Assembly (NCBI GenBank): GCA_045133075.1
Contig: JBGUTM010000142.1
Span: 1 to 33,833 of the forward strand
Reading direction: 5' to 3'
Length of the DNA stretch: 33,833 bases
Origin: Alistipes sp.
Lineage (GTDB): Bacteria > Bacteroidota > Bacteroidia > Bacteroidales > Rikenellaceae
The position numbers and the translations under genes were made by a program. The notes under the pieces were generated by a model. That model did no database searches. It was not told the origin of the DNA and saw only the letters and a list, made by a program, of their open reading frames with translations. Position 1 is the first letter of the stretch. Each line of letters opens with the position of its first letter. This document shows, piece after piece, positions 19,299-28,588 of the stretch.

Positions 19299-19367
19299 TC
19301 CTACTATTCGGTATCGCTACCCTTCGGCGAACCACCTCTTTTGAAAGAGCATAGCGTGTTTTTCTTC

Positions 19368-19438
19368 GCACCTTTTCGAAAAAAGGTGCCCAAAAATGCT
19401 TTTTTTCTTTGTCGCTTTTAGAAAAAAGCTCCGCAAAA
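19368..19438. repeat. Two degenerate 28 nt palindromic (REP-like) units at 43 nt spacing
   Basis: 19368-19395 gcaccttttcgaaaaaaggtgcccaaaa and 19411-19438 gtcgcttttagaaaaaagctccgcaaaa share GnnnCTTTTnGAAAAAAGnTnCnCAAAA. Confidence 0.6.
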
Positions 19439-19620
19439 CCTTTTAATCGAAACTCCGTTTCGAGGAACTTGACAACGTGTGAGTTTATTTGCGAGGCTTT
19501 GGTTGTCTTCAACAATGTTTCAAAATGAAATGAGCGACCTTTTGTTAGAAAACTTCCAATAGGCCGCTTATCACATTTTGCACTATCCTTGCGGATACCA
19601 AATCAGCCATTGGCTAATAG

Positions 19621-19662
19621 CAAAAGAGTAGTCCCGAGATTTCTCTCGGGACTACTCTTTTG
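19621..19662. terminator. Bidirectional Rho-independent terminator after fba
   Basis: Perfect 19 bp inverted repeat CAAAAGAGTAGTCCCGAGA-tttc-TCTCGGGACTACTCTTTTG, with a GAAA tetraloop on the minus strand, 11 nt after the fba stop. Confidence 0.9.
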
Positions 19663-19673
19663 GGAAGTTCAAA

Positions 19674-20675
19674 TTACTCTGCCTTGCCGTCCGAGCCGAG
19701 TACCTCCTTAATCTTGTGGATGTACTGCTTCTTCATATTCTCGCGAGCAGGACCCAGGTACTTACGAGGATCGAACTCTGCGGGATTTACTGCGAAGACC
19801 TCACGGATTGCTGCGGTCATAGCCAGACGCGAGTCAGAGTCGATGTTGATCTTGCAAACTGCGCTCTTTTCTGCCTGACGCAACAGCTCCTCGGGAATAC
19901 CTACGGCAGCCTTCAATGCACCACCATACTTGTTGATAGTCTCAACCTCCTCCTGGGGTACTGACGAAGAACCGTGGAGAACGATGGGGAAGCCGGGAAG
20001 TTCCTTCTCAATCTCGGCGAGGATGTCGAATGCCAAGGGGGGAGGTACGAGGCGACCGGTCTGGGGGTCGATAGTGCACTGCTCGGGAGTGAACTTGTAA
20101 GCACCGTGCGAGGTACCGATCGAGATAGCCAACGAATCAACGCCGGTCTTGGTTACGAAATCAACAACCTCCTCGGGCTTGGTGTAGTGGCTCTCTGCAG
20201 CCGAAACCTCATCCTCAACACCTGCCAACACGCCGAGCTCACCCTCAACGGTTACATCGAACTGGTGTGCATACTCTACAACCTTCTTGGTGAGAGCTAC
20301 GTTCTCCTCGTAGGGGAGGTGTGAACCGTCAATCATAACTGACGAGAAGCCCATATCTACACACGACTTGCAAGTCTCGAACGAATCACCGTGGTCGAGG
20401 TGAAGAACGATCTGGGGCTTAGCCCAACCGAGCTCCTTAGCGTACTCTACAGCACCCTCTGCCATATAGCGAAGAAGGGTCTGGTTTGCGTAGTTACGCG
20501 CACCCTTCGACACCTGAAGAATCACGGGCGACTTGGTCTCTGCCGAAGCCATAATGATTGCCTGCAACTGCTCCATGTTGTTGAAGTTGAATGCGGGGAT
20601 AGCGTAACCGCCCTTTACTGCCTTTGCAAACATCTCACGGGTGTTTACAAGACCTAACTCTTTGTAAGAAATCAT
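19674..20675 (-). CDS. fba: Class II fructose-1,6-bisphosphate aldolase
   Basis: PAFNFNN, LHLDHG, SVMIDGS, VEGELG, IGTSHGAYK, VLHGSS, KINIDSD, FDPRKYL motifs. Confidence 0.96.
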   Translation of the reverse strand: MISYKELGLVNTREMFAKAVKGGYAIPAFNFNNMEQLQAIIMASAETKSPVILQVSKGARNYANQTLLRYMAEGAVEYAKELGWAKPQIVLHLDHGDSFETCKSCVDMGFSSVMIDGSHLPYEENVALTKKVVEYAHQFDVTVEGELGVLAGVEDEVSAAESHYTKPEEVVDFVTKTGVDSLAISIGTSHGAYKFTPEQCTIDPQTGRLVPPPLAFDILAEIEKELPGFPIVLHGSSSVPQEEVETINKYGGALKAAVGIPEELLRQAEKSAVCKINIDSDSRLAMTAAIREVFAVNPAEFDPRKYLGPARENMKKQYIHKIKEVLGSDGKAE

Positions 20676-20729
20676 AACTTTTTTGTTTTTATAGTGTTAT
20701 CAAAAAATCTGCTATAACCTAAATCGGCG

Positions 20730-20737
20730 CAAAGATA
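20730..20737 (-). promoter_or_regulatory. -7 element for fba
   Basis: Minus strand TATCTTTG, 54 nt upstream of the ATG. Confidence 0.6.
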
Positions 20738-20869
20738 CTAAATTTTTGGAAATTTATTACATCTTGGCCATTTAACTCTTTACTTGTCGGCTATTTCATC
20801 ACAAAATCGACCAAATAAAACCGACCAACATCGCAACATTTAGTGCAGTCGGCTGAATGCCCAAAGGTT

Positions 20870-22063
20870 CTAGAGCTTATTCAGCTTGAACGATACTACG
20901 GGCGACTTCTCTTTGCCGTAGAACATATTGGTAACTGTGATGTCGAGCTCCTTTGTGCCCTTTTTCACATTCAGAAGCGCAGATGACTGACCAAATACGG
21001 CAGCCTCCTTCTTGCCCTCCCAGCGGAGAGAGTAGGGCAGCGACGAGTGGTTGGTGATGCGCACCTTCCAGCGCTTCGAATCCTCGCCTACAACCTCAAC
21101 TGTTACACTCTCCTTGAAGAGTTCCGAAAGAAGCTTCTCCTGACCGATTAACATATTTGCCTGATAGGCGATTGTACGACCTGTCTTGAGAGCCTCGTGA
21201 ATCGACTTCTCATCGCAACGCTTTGCGAGAATGAGTGTCATATTACGGAAATAATACTTGCCTGCATTGGGGAAGCGCAAAGCGATAAGATTGTGGGCAT
21301 CAGAGTTCGAGAATGGAGTGTATCCACCCGTGATGCAGTAATCAAAGAGTCGGTCATAGAAGTTGTAGCTGTTAATCACCTCGATACCGTCAATGAGCCC
21401 CTTGGCGTAGAAATCCTCGCAGTGAGGGGGCATTGTGCTCTTAGTCTTCTTGCTGAACTGCGGGTGGTTATGGATGATGAAGGCCCCCTGCTCGCGAGCG
21501 TTGCGGATTGTGGTCTCGAGGTTGGGATCATAGAGGGCGTTGTTATCCTTGGTGAAGAGAGCGTTGTAGTCACCCAACTTACCGCGGGTAATCTCCACAC
21601 CGCGAACCACCAGCAGACCCATCTCATCAGCCTTAGCCTTCGCACTCTCGTAGCTCACGTTGAAGTCCACAAGCAGACCACGCTCATCAGGATCGGTATT
21701 GAGCACGTTGGTATTTACCGCCTTAGGCTCGTTGCGCAACTCGGGGCGGATATAATCCTTCATATAGCGGAACATCTCGCGCTCGAGGCGGCGATACTCC
21801 ATATGGTCGGTAATCGAGATGATATCAAGGCCATCAAACCAAGCCTCGTTCACACGCATTGCGGGAGTGATATCTCCATCCGAGTAGATTGAGTGGAGGT
21901 GGAAATCGGCCTTATAAACATTGTATCCCATCACCTTCGGCAGGAGAATCTCGGTACGTTGAGTGTGGTTGTTGTCGAAAACTTTACGTACAGCGCTGAG
22001 CTGTGCCGAAGCCGAAAATGCGGTTGCCAAAAGAGCAACAATCAGCAGGTTAAATCTTTTCAT
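20870..22063 (-). CDS. Secreted PHP-domain metal-dependent phosphoesterase (Sb-PDE-like)
   Basis: Signal peptide (ASA-Q); DFHLHSIYSDG, ITDH, GVEIT, HNHP, NSDAH PHP motifs. Confidence 0.8.
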   Translation of the reverse strand: MKRFNLLIVALLATAFSASAQLSAVRKVFDNNHTQRTEILLPKVMGYNVYKADFHLHSIYSDGDITPAMRVNEAWFDGLDIISITDHMEYRRLEREMFRYMKDYIRPELRNEPKAVNTNVLNTDPDERGLLVDFNVSYESAKAKADEMGLLVVRGVEITRGKLGDYNALFTKDNNALYDPNLETTIRNAREQGAFIIHNHPQFSKKTKSTMPPHCEDFYAKGLIDGIEVINSYNFYDRLFDYCITGGYTPFSNSDAHNLIALRFPNAGKYYFRNMTLILAKRCDEKSIHEALKTGRTIAYQANMLIGQEKLLSELFKESVTVEVVGEDSKRWKVRITNHSSLPYSLRWEGKKEAAVFGQSSALLNVKKGTKELDITVTNMFYGKEKSPVVSFKLNKL

Positions 22064-22108
22064 AATATTATGGTTTTAAGGTTGTTAGTTAAAATTATTC
22101 GGGTTTGT

Positions 22109-23461
22109 TTACAATCTGAAAAGCCCCAGATTGTAGAGGAATATCCACAACAGCAGTGCGGGGCATACATATCGCAGCAGCATAACCAGCAGACCAAAGA
22201 GTCGGTTTTTCATTTTGCCGTGGCTCGAAACCTCATCCTGCAGAATTTTGCGGTCGAGTACCCAACCAGCAAATATCGAGGTGAAGAACCCTCCCAGCGG
22301 CAACAGCACATTTGCCGTCACGAAGTCGAGTGAGTCAAAGAGGTTCAAACCTCCAATTCTCCACTCACTCCACAATCCCAGCGAGAGTGACGAGGCGCAA
22401 GCCAGCAGTGTGGTCACAAGCGTAACTGCGCGGGCTGCGTGTTTGCGCGAGATTCCCCACTCCTCGTGCAGATATGCGGTCAGCACCTCATGCAGTGAGA
22501 TGGTCGAGGTGAGAGCTGCCAGAATCAGCAGTAGGAAGAACAATGCCGACCAGAATGGGCCGAAGGTCATCGTATTGAAGATGCTGGGCAGCGTGACAAA
22601 AACCAGTGAGGGGCCTGCTGTAGGCTCGATGCCGACACTGAAGACCACCGGAAAGATTACCACTCCGGCCAACACCGCCACCAACGTATCGAGAGCCACG
22701 ACATTATATGCTGTCTTCTGAAGGTTGGTCTTATCGTTAAAGTAGGAGGAGTAGGTGATCATACAACCCAGGCCTATCGACAGCGAGAAGAAGGCTTGAC
22801 CCATAGCATCAAGAAAGGTCTTGGCCGTCACCTTCGAGAAGTCGGGGGTAAAGAGAAATCGCAGACCCTCCAAGCCGTTGGGCATCATTATAGACCTTAT
22901 GGCCAAAGCTATAAGCATCAAAAAGAGTATCGGCATCATCATCTTTGAGGAGCGTTCGATACCCTTCTGCACACCCAGAGCAATCACCGCGTGGGTAAGT
23001 ACCGCAAAAATCACGGTATAGATGATCGGTCGCAGTGGGTCGGTAGTGAAGGCGGCAAATTTCTCGGCATTGACCGCCGAGGAGCTATACTCCGCAATGG
23101 CTCCCGTAACGGAGGTGGCAAAGTATTCGAGAGTCCAGCCCGACACCACAAAGTAGAAGCCCAGAATCAACAGTGACGAAATCACACTGTTATAGCCGAG
23201 CAGAGTCCACCGCTTCGACAACGAGCGATAGGCTCCCACCGAGTTCAGATGCGTATGACGACCAATCGAAAACTCAGACAAAAGCACCGGTATTCCGAGT
23301 AACAGAATACATCCGATATAGACTATCAAAAATGCGCCACCGCCATTTTCACCCGCGATGTAGGGGAAACGCCAAATATTTCCCAGGCCCACGGCACTAC
23401 CTGCAGCCACCAGCACGGCACTTAATCTACCTCCAAATGAGGCTCTCTCGTTTGTACCCAT
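22109..23461 (-). CDS. Sodium-dependent transporter, NSS/SNF family
   Basis: GSAVGLGNIWRFPY, NGGGAF, GQAFFSLSIG, GPSLVF, AALTSTISL motifs; multiple TM helices. Confidence 0.93.
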   Translation of the reverse strand: MGTNERASFGGRLSAVLVAAGSAVGLGNIWRFPYIAGENGGGAFLIVYIGCILLLGIPVLLSEFSIGRHTHLNSVGAYRSLSKRWTLLGYNSVISSLLILGFYFVVSGWTLEYFATSVTGAIAEYSSSAVNAEKFAAFTTDPLRPIIYTVIFAVLTHAVIALGVQKGIERSSKMMMPILFLMLIALAIRSIMMPNGLEGLRFLFTPDFSKVTAKTFLDAMGQAFFSLSIGLGCMITYSSYFNDKTNLQKTAYNVVALDTLVAVLAGVVIFPVVFSVGIEPTAGPSLVFVTLPSIFNTMTFGPFWSALFFLLLILAALTSTISLHEVLTAYLHEEWGISRKHAARAVTLVTTLLACASSLSLGLWSEWRIGGLNLFDSLDFVTANVLLPLGGFFTSIFAGWVLDRKILQDEVSSHGKMKNRLFGLLVMLLRYVCPALLLWIFLYNLGLFRL

Positions 23462-23494
23462 AAATTCTCAAAAACCGAACCTTCTAAACCTCAA

Positions 23495-24973
23495 TTACTG
23501 TACCGTCCAATCATCTGTTCTGAACGGAATCAACGGGAATCCGTACTTACTGCGGACATTGCTCATCGAGCCATTACGGAACGAGAAGCGCAATGCTGCG
23601 GGCTGGGCAACCTCCTGGGGGACATTAACAATGATTCTATCACCAGCAACCTTTGCCGAAGCAGGATAGAACACCTTATCCTCACCGGCAATCTCAAATC
23701 CACGCACGGGCTCTCCCGGAGGGGTCAGAAGGTTTTTGCCCTTCTCGAATTCCACAACATATTTTCCATTGACAAGTGAAATCTTCCGTACCTCGGGAGA
23801 TCCTGACTTGATGCCGCTAACGCCGTAAGTTCTATCGAGAGCCAGCAGTGCCAACTGTCGGCTTACGGGCTTTTTCTCGGCAGGATGGATAACCGGACCT
23901 GCGCCAAGGCCTTCGGTTGAGGCGTAAGCACTATTAGGCGTTATCTTAGCGGCTTTTGCCTGATTCTCAACGAAGTATCCACGATAAAATCCCTCTGCCT
24001 TGGCTCCGTAATGGTAGGGGGCAATCAGAACATAGTAGAAGGGCATCTTTGCCTCCGTATCGCCCCACTCTTTGCGCCAACCCTCAACCAGAGCCGCCTG
24101 GAGCTTATCGTAAAAGGCATTATCGCGTGCATTAGCACAGCCCTGATACCACAAAAATCCGCGCGCAGCAAAGCCCTTGAACGGATGTATCATTCCATTG
24201 TACAGAGCGCCTGCAGTGCGAGGACGGCCCTTATAACGCTCCAATTTAGAGGTGCGATACGCATACTCCTTGTCGTTAACCAAACCCTTGAGTGCCTCAG
24301 CGTGACATTCACGAGGCATCCAAGGTCTGATCTCGGTTCCGCCCCAGGCCGAAACGATAACACCCACCGGAACGTCAATGGCATCGGTAATATATTCGGC
24401 AAAGAAGTATGCTATTGCCGAACACGAAGCGCTCGACTCGAAAGATGCTCGCTGCCACTCTCCCGAAGGAAGATCCTTCACCGGGGCCTCCTCTGCCGGG
24501 TTGCGCGGAACATTGAAGATGCGGATGCGATCTCCGTAGTTTATCGCTTTGATGCAGGTCTCCAACGACTCATTTACCGGCTGATTACTTGTCACAAAAC
24601 CCGACAATGGCATCTCCATATTGGATTGACCCGAACAGATCCAAACCTCACCGACAAAGACATCATTCAGCTCTATACGCTCCTTTCCACAAGCGATATT
24701 AACACTATAGGGACCACCGTGCGAGGGGGTCTCTATCGAAACGCGCCAAGTCTGGTCATCGCCAACCTTGGTGGTATAACTCTGCTTACTCCACGAGGGC
24801 TTAACAACCACCTTCGAGCCGGGTGTACCCCACCCCCACACAGGCGCTGAAGTCTCTTGTTGGAACACCATATGATCCGTAAAGATCTTTGCCACGCTCA
24901 ATGGCTCGGCTGCAAAGACCATTGTCGACATAGCGACAAATATCAGAGAGATAATAGAGGTTTTAAGTTTCAT
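23495..24973 (-). CDS. Sialate O-acetylesterase (SASA/SGNH) family protein
   Basis: Signal peptide; FTDHMVFQQ, GEVWICSGQSNM (catalytic Ser), WGGT, WYQG, IHP, PFRTD motifs. Confidence 0.88.
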   Translation of the reverse strand: MKLKTSIISLIFVAMSTMVFAAEPLSVAKIFTDHMVFQQETSAPVWGWGTPGSKVVVKPSWSKQSYTTKVGDDQTWRVSIETPSHGGPYSVNIACGKERIELNDVFVGEVWICSGQSNMEMPLSGFVTSNQPVNESLETCIKAINYGDRIRIFNVPRNPAEEAPVKDLPSGEWQRASFESSASCSAIAYFFAEYITDAIDVPVGVIVSAWGGTEIRPWMPRECHAEALKGLVNDKEYAYRTSKLERYKGRPRTAGALYNGMIHPFKGFAARGFLWYQGCANARDNAFYDKLQAALVEGWRKEWGDTEAKMPFYYVLIAPYHYGAKAEGFYRGYFVENQAKAAKITPNSAYASTEGLGAGPVIHPAEKKPVSRQLALLALDRTYGVSGIKSGSPEVRKISLVNGKYVVEFEKGKNLLTPPGEPVRGFEIAGEDKVFYPASAKVAGDRIIVNVPQEVAQPAALRFSFRNGSMSNVRSKYGFPLIPFRTDDWTVQ

Positions 24974-25011
24974 ATTGTTTGTTGTTAGTTGTTTACAAAA
25001 GAGGTTGAGGA

Positions 25012-25365
25012 CTATCCCTCGAGCGTGACGCTCACTCTGCCAATCTTACCTCCGAGGGGAGGTGCCAGCTTCGAGACCGTGCATCGCACCGCGCACACCG
25101 CCTCAAACTCCTCCTTGATAGCCGAGATGATATTCATCGCCACGCGCTCGATTGTTCGCTGCTTGATCTGCATCTGTCGCGCAACACATTGGTAAACATC
25201 GAGATAATTTACCGCCTTCTCGACACAATCCTCCGCGGCAACCGAGCCAAGCTCCGTAGTGAGGCTCAACTCAACGCAAAAACGGTTGCCGACCTGCTGT
25301 TCCAGATCGTAGCAACCGTGGTATGCGTGAAACTCCATTTCGGAGAGTCGTATTTCGTATTTCAT
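25012..25365 (-). CDS. folB: Dihydroneopterin aldolase
   Basis: FHAYHGCYDLEQQVGNRF, AVNY, TIE, SKLAPPLGG motifs. Confidence 0.93.
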   Translation of the reverse strand: MKYEIRLSEMEFHAYHGCYDLEQQVGNRFCVELSLTTELGSVAAEDCVEKAVNYLDVYQCVARQMQIKQRTIERVAMNIISAIKEEFEAVCAVRCTVSKLAPPLGGKIGRVSVTLEG

Positions 25366-26661
25366 CTACTCTACAATTACAAGGTAGTAGTTCTTCTTGC
25401 CGCGCTGCACAAGCAGATACTTGCCGGCGATAAGATCCTCCGCAGTAACGGCACGCATCGGGTCGGCAACCTTCTCCTTCGAGAGCGATACACCACCACC
25501 CTGAATCATCTTGCGGCACTCACCCTTCGAGGGGAAGATCTGGGTCTTCTCGGCACACAAATCAACAAACGAACATCCCAAATCCGCGCTTGAAATCTTG
25601 AACTGAGGTACACCCTCGAAGACCTGCAACAAGGTCTGCTCGTCCAAACGGCGCAGAGCCTCCGAAGTTGCGCCACCAAAGAGAATCTGCGAAGCCTCAA
25701 CAGCCTTCTCATACTCCTGCTCCGAGTGAATCATCGTAGTAATCTCCTTTGCCAGAGCCTTCTGCAGCAGACGAAGGTGCGGTGCAGCATCGTGCTCTAC
25801 GATAAGGTTGTAGATAGTCTCCTTGTCGAGCAAGGTGAAGATCTTGATATAACGTTTGGCATCCTCATCGCTCACATTGAGCCAGAACTGGTAGAACTTG
25901 TAGGGCGATGTGTAGCGAGCATCGAGCCATACGTTACCGCTCTCGGTCTTGCCGAACTTTGTACCGTCAGCCTTGGTAATCAGCGGGCAGGTGATAGCAA
26001 ATGCCTCCGACTCAGAGCCGAGCTTGCGGCGGATAAGCTCCGTACCTGTGGTGATATTACCCCACTGGTCGGCACCACCGAGCTGAACCTTGCAGTTCAT
26101 TGTCTGGTAGAGATGCAAAAAGTCGTAACCCTGCAGAAGCTGATAGGTAAACTCGGTGAATGACATACCGTCACCTTCGCCATTGAAGCGTTTCTTGACC
26201 GAATCCTTAGCCATCATATAGTTCACGGTAATACACTTACCAATGTCACGAGCGAAGTCGAGGAACGAAAACTCCTTCATCCAGTCGTAGTTGTTCACCA
26301 GCACTGCTGCATTGGGGGCATCCGAATCGAAGTCGAGCAACTTTGCCAACTGACGCTTGATAGCCTCCTGGTTGTGGCGCAGGGTAGCCTCATCGAGCAA
26401 GTTACGCTCCTGTGACTTACCACTCGGGTCGCCAATCATTCCCGTAGCTCCTCCAATAAGAGCGATGGGACGGTGCCCACACATCTGCAAGTGTTTGAGA
26501 ATCATCACACCCACAAGGTGTCCGATATGCAGCGAATCGGCAGTCGGGTCGATGCCCAGGTATGCCGTTGTCATCTCCTTTGCGAGCTGCTCCTCGGCGC
26601 CGGGCATAATGGTATGAATCATACCGCGCCACTGCAACTCCTCAACAAAATTTTTAGCCAT
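25366..26661 (-). CDS. tyrS: Tyrosine--tRNA ligase
   Basis: [47 protein letters not shown]-terminal S4 domain. Start set at ATG 26661 ([13 protein letters not shown]). Confidence 0.97.
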   Translation of the reverse strand: MAKNFVEELQWRGMIHTIMPGAEEQLAKEMTTAYLGIDPTADSLHIGHLVGVMILKHLQMCGHRPIALIGGATGMIGDPSGKSQERNLLDEATLRHNQEAIKRQLAKLLDFDSDAPNAAVLVNNYDWMKEFSFLDFARDIGKCITVNYMMAKDSVKKRFNGEGDGMSFTEFTYQLLQGYDFLHLYQTMNCKVQLGGADQWGNITTGTELIRRKLGSESEAFAITCPLITKADGTKFGKTESGNVWLDARYTSPYKFYQFWLNVSDEDAKRYIKIFTLLDKETIYNLIVEHDAAPHLRLLQKALAKEITTMIHSEQEYEKAVEASQILFGGATSEALRRLDEQTLLQVFEGVPQFKISSADLGCSFVDLCAEKTQIFPSKGECRKMIQGGGVSLSKEKVADPMRAVTAEDLIAGKYLLVQRGKKNYYLVIVE

Positions 26662-26707
26662 TTTCTTTACTTTTATATCGTTTTGTATCTGTTTCTTCAT
26701 TATCGGG

Positions 26708-28528
26708 TTACTCAACCTCAAGGTCGAGGGCCTTCTTTAGTTCGAGATAGAGCGGGTTACGTTGCTCAATATGCGCCATTCTATCCTCCAACTTTATCGG
26801 TCGCATCTTGCGCACCTCCTCCTTGACGATGATGTCGAACTCGAGTTTACCATTCACCCCCGCCACCTCGGCAATCTTGTGCAGAATCTCGATTGAGGAG
26901 TGCTGAATCTCATCACGCAGCGACTCGCTCGGCACCGTGAGCACAATCTTGTAACCATCGAAGCGCATCGTCTCAAACGCCACAATAAAACGCGGGCGAT
27001 CGGTCTTTATTATCTCAACTATCTGCTCCTGCACCGCCGTCAGCTTCTCGACCGAGCGAGGATCCACATTCTGCTCCTCATTTGAGCCGGCAGGGCTCTC
27101 CTCCACCATTGTAGTTCTGTACGAACCACTGAGCAACGAAGATATCGAGGCTCCCGAAAGTGTGGTTTGTGAGGCTGCCGTGCTTTGCCCCGAAAAGGCC
27201 GTGGGCATCGAAACGCTCCGCACCTCAACCGCAGGCTGCTTAATCTGACCAGCCTCTTGCACCTCCCTCTTTGGAGCCGCATAACTCTGCGCCGCAAGTT
27301 GCGGTGCGGCAGGTGTAGCGGTCGTGGCTGTAGCAACATTCACCACTGGCGACGTTGCCGCAGTTGTGGCAGTCGCAGGTATACCTTTCTGTAGTTCGGG
27401 CAGGGGGTAATCCTCGCCTATTGCTGTGGGCTCATTTTTTTTTTGACCGAGTGCCGCAATTTTCATCAGCCCCAGTTCCACAAGCAAGCGTTGATTAGAC
27501 GATTGTCGTATCTTGCCATCGGCATCGGTCAGCACCGATATTGCCCCGAAGAGGAATCCCGGGTCGCAGTTTGCCGCCTGTGCACGATAGCGTTCGAGCA
27601 GGGTGCCCGTAAACTCGATAAGTGAGATTGCAGGGCCCTTGGCCACCAGCAGATCGCGCAGGTGCTGATTGAGTCCTGCCATAAATATCTGGCCCGAGAA
27701 TCCGTTCGATAGCACCTGGTCGAAGAGCAACAGCGCATCGACATAGTTGCCTGCAAGCAGTAGCTCGGTCATCTTGAAGTAGGTGTCATAGTCCAGCACA
27801 TTGAGTGTCTGGGCTACGTTGCGATACTCAAGATTTTGGCCACAGAACGAAACAGCCTTATCGAACATCGACAACGCATCACGCATACCTCCGTCAGCCT
27901 TGCGGGCGATAAGGTTGAGCGACTCGTCATCGGCCGTCACACCCTCCTGTGAGGCAATATAGCGCAGATACTCCACACCATCTTCGACACGGATTCGATT
28001 AAAATCGTAGATCTGGCAACGCGACAGGATGGTGGGGATAATCTTATGTTTCTCGGTAGTTGCGAGGATAAAGATTGCGTGTGCGGGTGGCTCCTCCAGC
28101 GTCTTGAGGAAGGCGTTGAATGCCTGCTGCGAGAGCATATGAACCTCATCGATAATGAATACCGAGTAGCGACCCACCTGCGGAATGATGCGCACCTGTT
28201 CAATCAGGTTACGGATATCGTCCACAGAGTTATTCGATGCAGCATCCAGCTCGTGGATGTTGAGCGAGCGGTTCTCGTTAAATGTACGGCACGACTCGCA
28301 CTCGTTGCAAGCCTCGGCACCCACGGGATGCAGGCAGTTTATCGCCTTGGCAAAGATGCGGGCACAGGTAGTCTTGCCGACACCTCGCGGGCCACAAAAG
28401 AGATATGCGTGAGCCAACTGACCACGCTCGATTGCATTCTTGAGGGTCGAGGTGATATGCTTCTGACCGACAACCGAGGCAAAGGTCGCGGGACGATATT
28501 TTCTTGCACTGACGATAAAGTTCTCCAT
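26708..28528 (-). CDS. dnaX: DNA polymerase III subunit gamma/tau
   Basis: [15 protein letters not shown] (Walker A), Zn-finger Cys cluster, [31 protein letters not shown] motifs. Confidence 0.97.
   Translation of the reverse strand: MENFIVSARKYRPATFASVVGQKHITSTLKNAIERGQLAHAYLFCGPRGVGKTTCARIFAKAINCLHPVGAEACNECESCRTFNENRSLNIHELDAASNNSVDDIRNLIEQVRIIPQVGRYSVFIIDEVHMLSQQAFNAFLKTLEEPPAHAIFILATTEKHKIIPTILSRCQIYDFNRIRVEDGVEYLRYIASQEGVTADDESLNLIARKADGGMRDALSMFDKAVSFCGQNLEYRNVAQTLNVLDYDTYFKMTELLLAGNYVDALLLFDQVLSNGFSGQIFMAGLNQHLRDLLVAKGPAISLIEFTGTLLERYRAQAANCDPGFLFGAISVLTDADGKIRQSSNQRLLVELGLMKIAALGQKKNEPTAIGEDYPLPELQKGIPATATTAATSPVVNVATATTATPAAPQLAAQSYAAPKREVQEAGQIKQPAVEVRSVSMPTAFSGQSTAASQTTLSGASISSLLSGSYRTTMVEESPAGSNEEQNVDPRSVEKLTAVQEQIVEIIKTDRPRFIVAFETMRFDGYKIVLTVPSESLRDEIQHSSIEILHKIAEVAGVNGKLEFDIIVKEEVRKMRPIKLEDRMAHIEQRNPLYLELKKALDLEVE
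27435..27444 (-). other. A10 slippery run in dnaX (candidate transcriptional slippage or ribosomal frameshift site)
   Basis: Minus strand CAA AAA AAA AAT GAG at the end of the clamp-loader domains, with nearby stops in both shifted frames. Confidence 0.75.
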
Positions 28529-28535
28529 AGCACCA

Positions 28536-28543
28536 CAAAAGTA
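28536..28543 (-). promoter_or_regulatory. -7 element for dnaX
   Basis: Minus strand TACTTTTG, ending 7 nt before the ATG. Confidence 0.55.
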
Positions 28544-28588
28544 GTGTTTTTTTTGGAAAAATCGACAATCTCTCGGCAGAAACTGCTC

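Noticed and set aside
19368-19438. Possible mini CRISPR array
   Set aside because: Only two units with 7 of 28 mismatches, a 15 nt spacer and no cas genes; kept as a REP-like repeat instead.
19237-19515. 92 aa minus-strand ORF (…KGFAELFSKSD…HFWAPFFEKV…)
   Set aside because: It is a translation of the palindromic repeats, has a non-ATG start and overlaps the oxidoreductase 3' end.
26662-26721. N-terminal extension of TyrS overlapping the dnaX stop
   Set aside because: TyrS homology begins at [13 protein letters not shown] (26661), which has an A-rich initiation context; the extension looks like an ORF-caller artefact.
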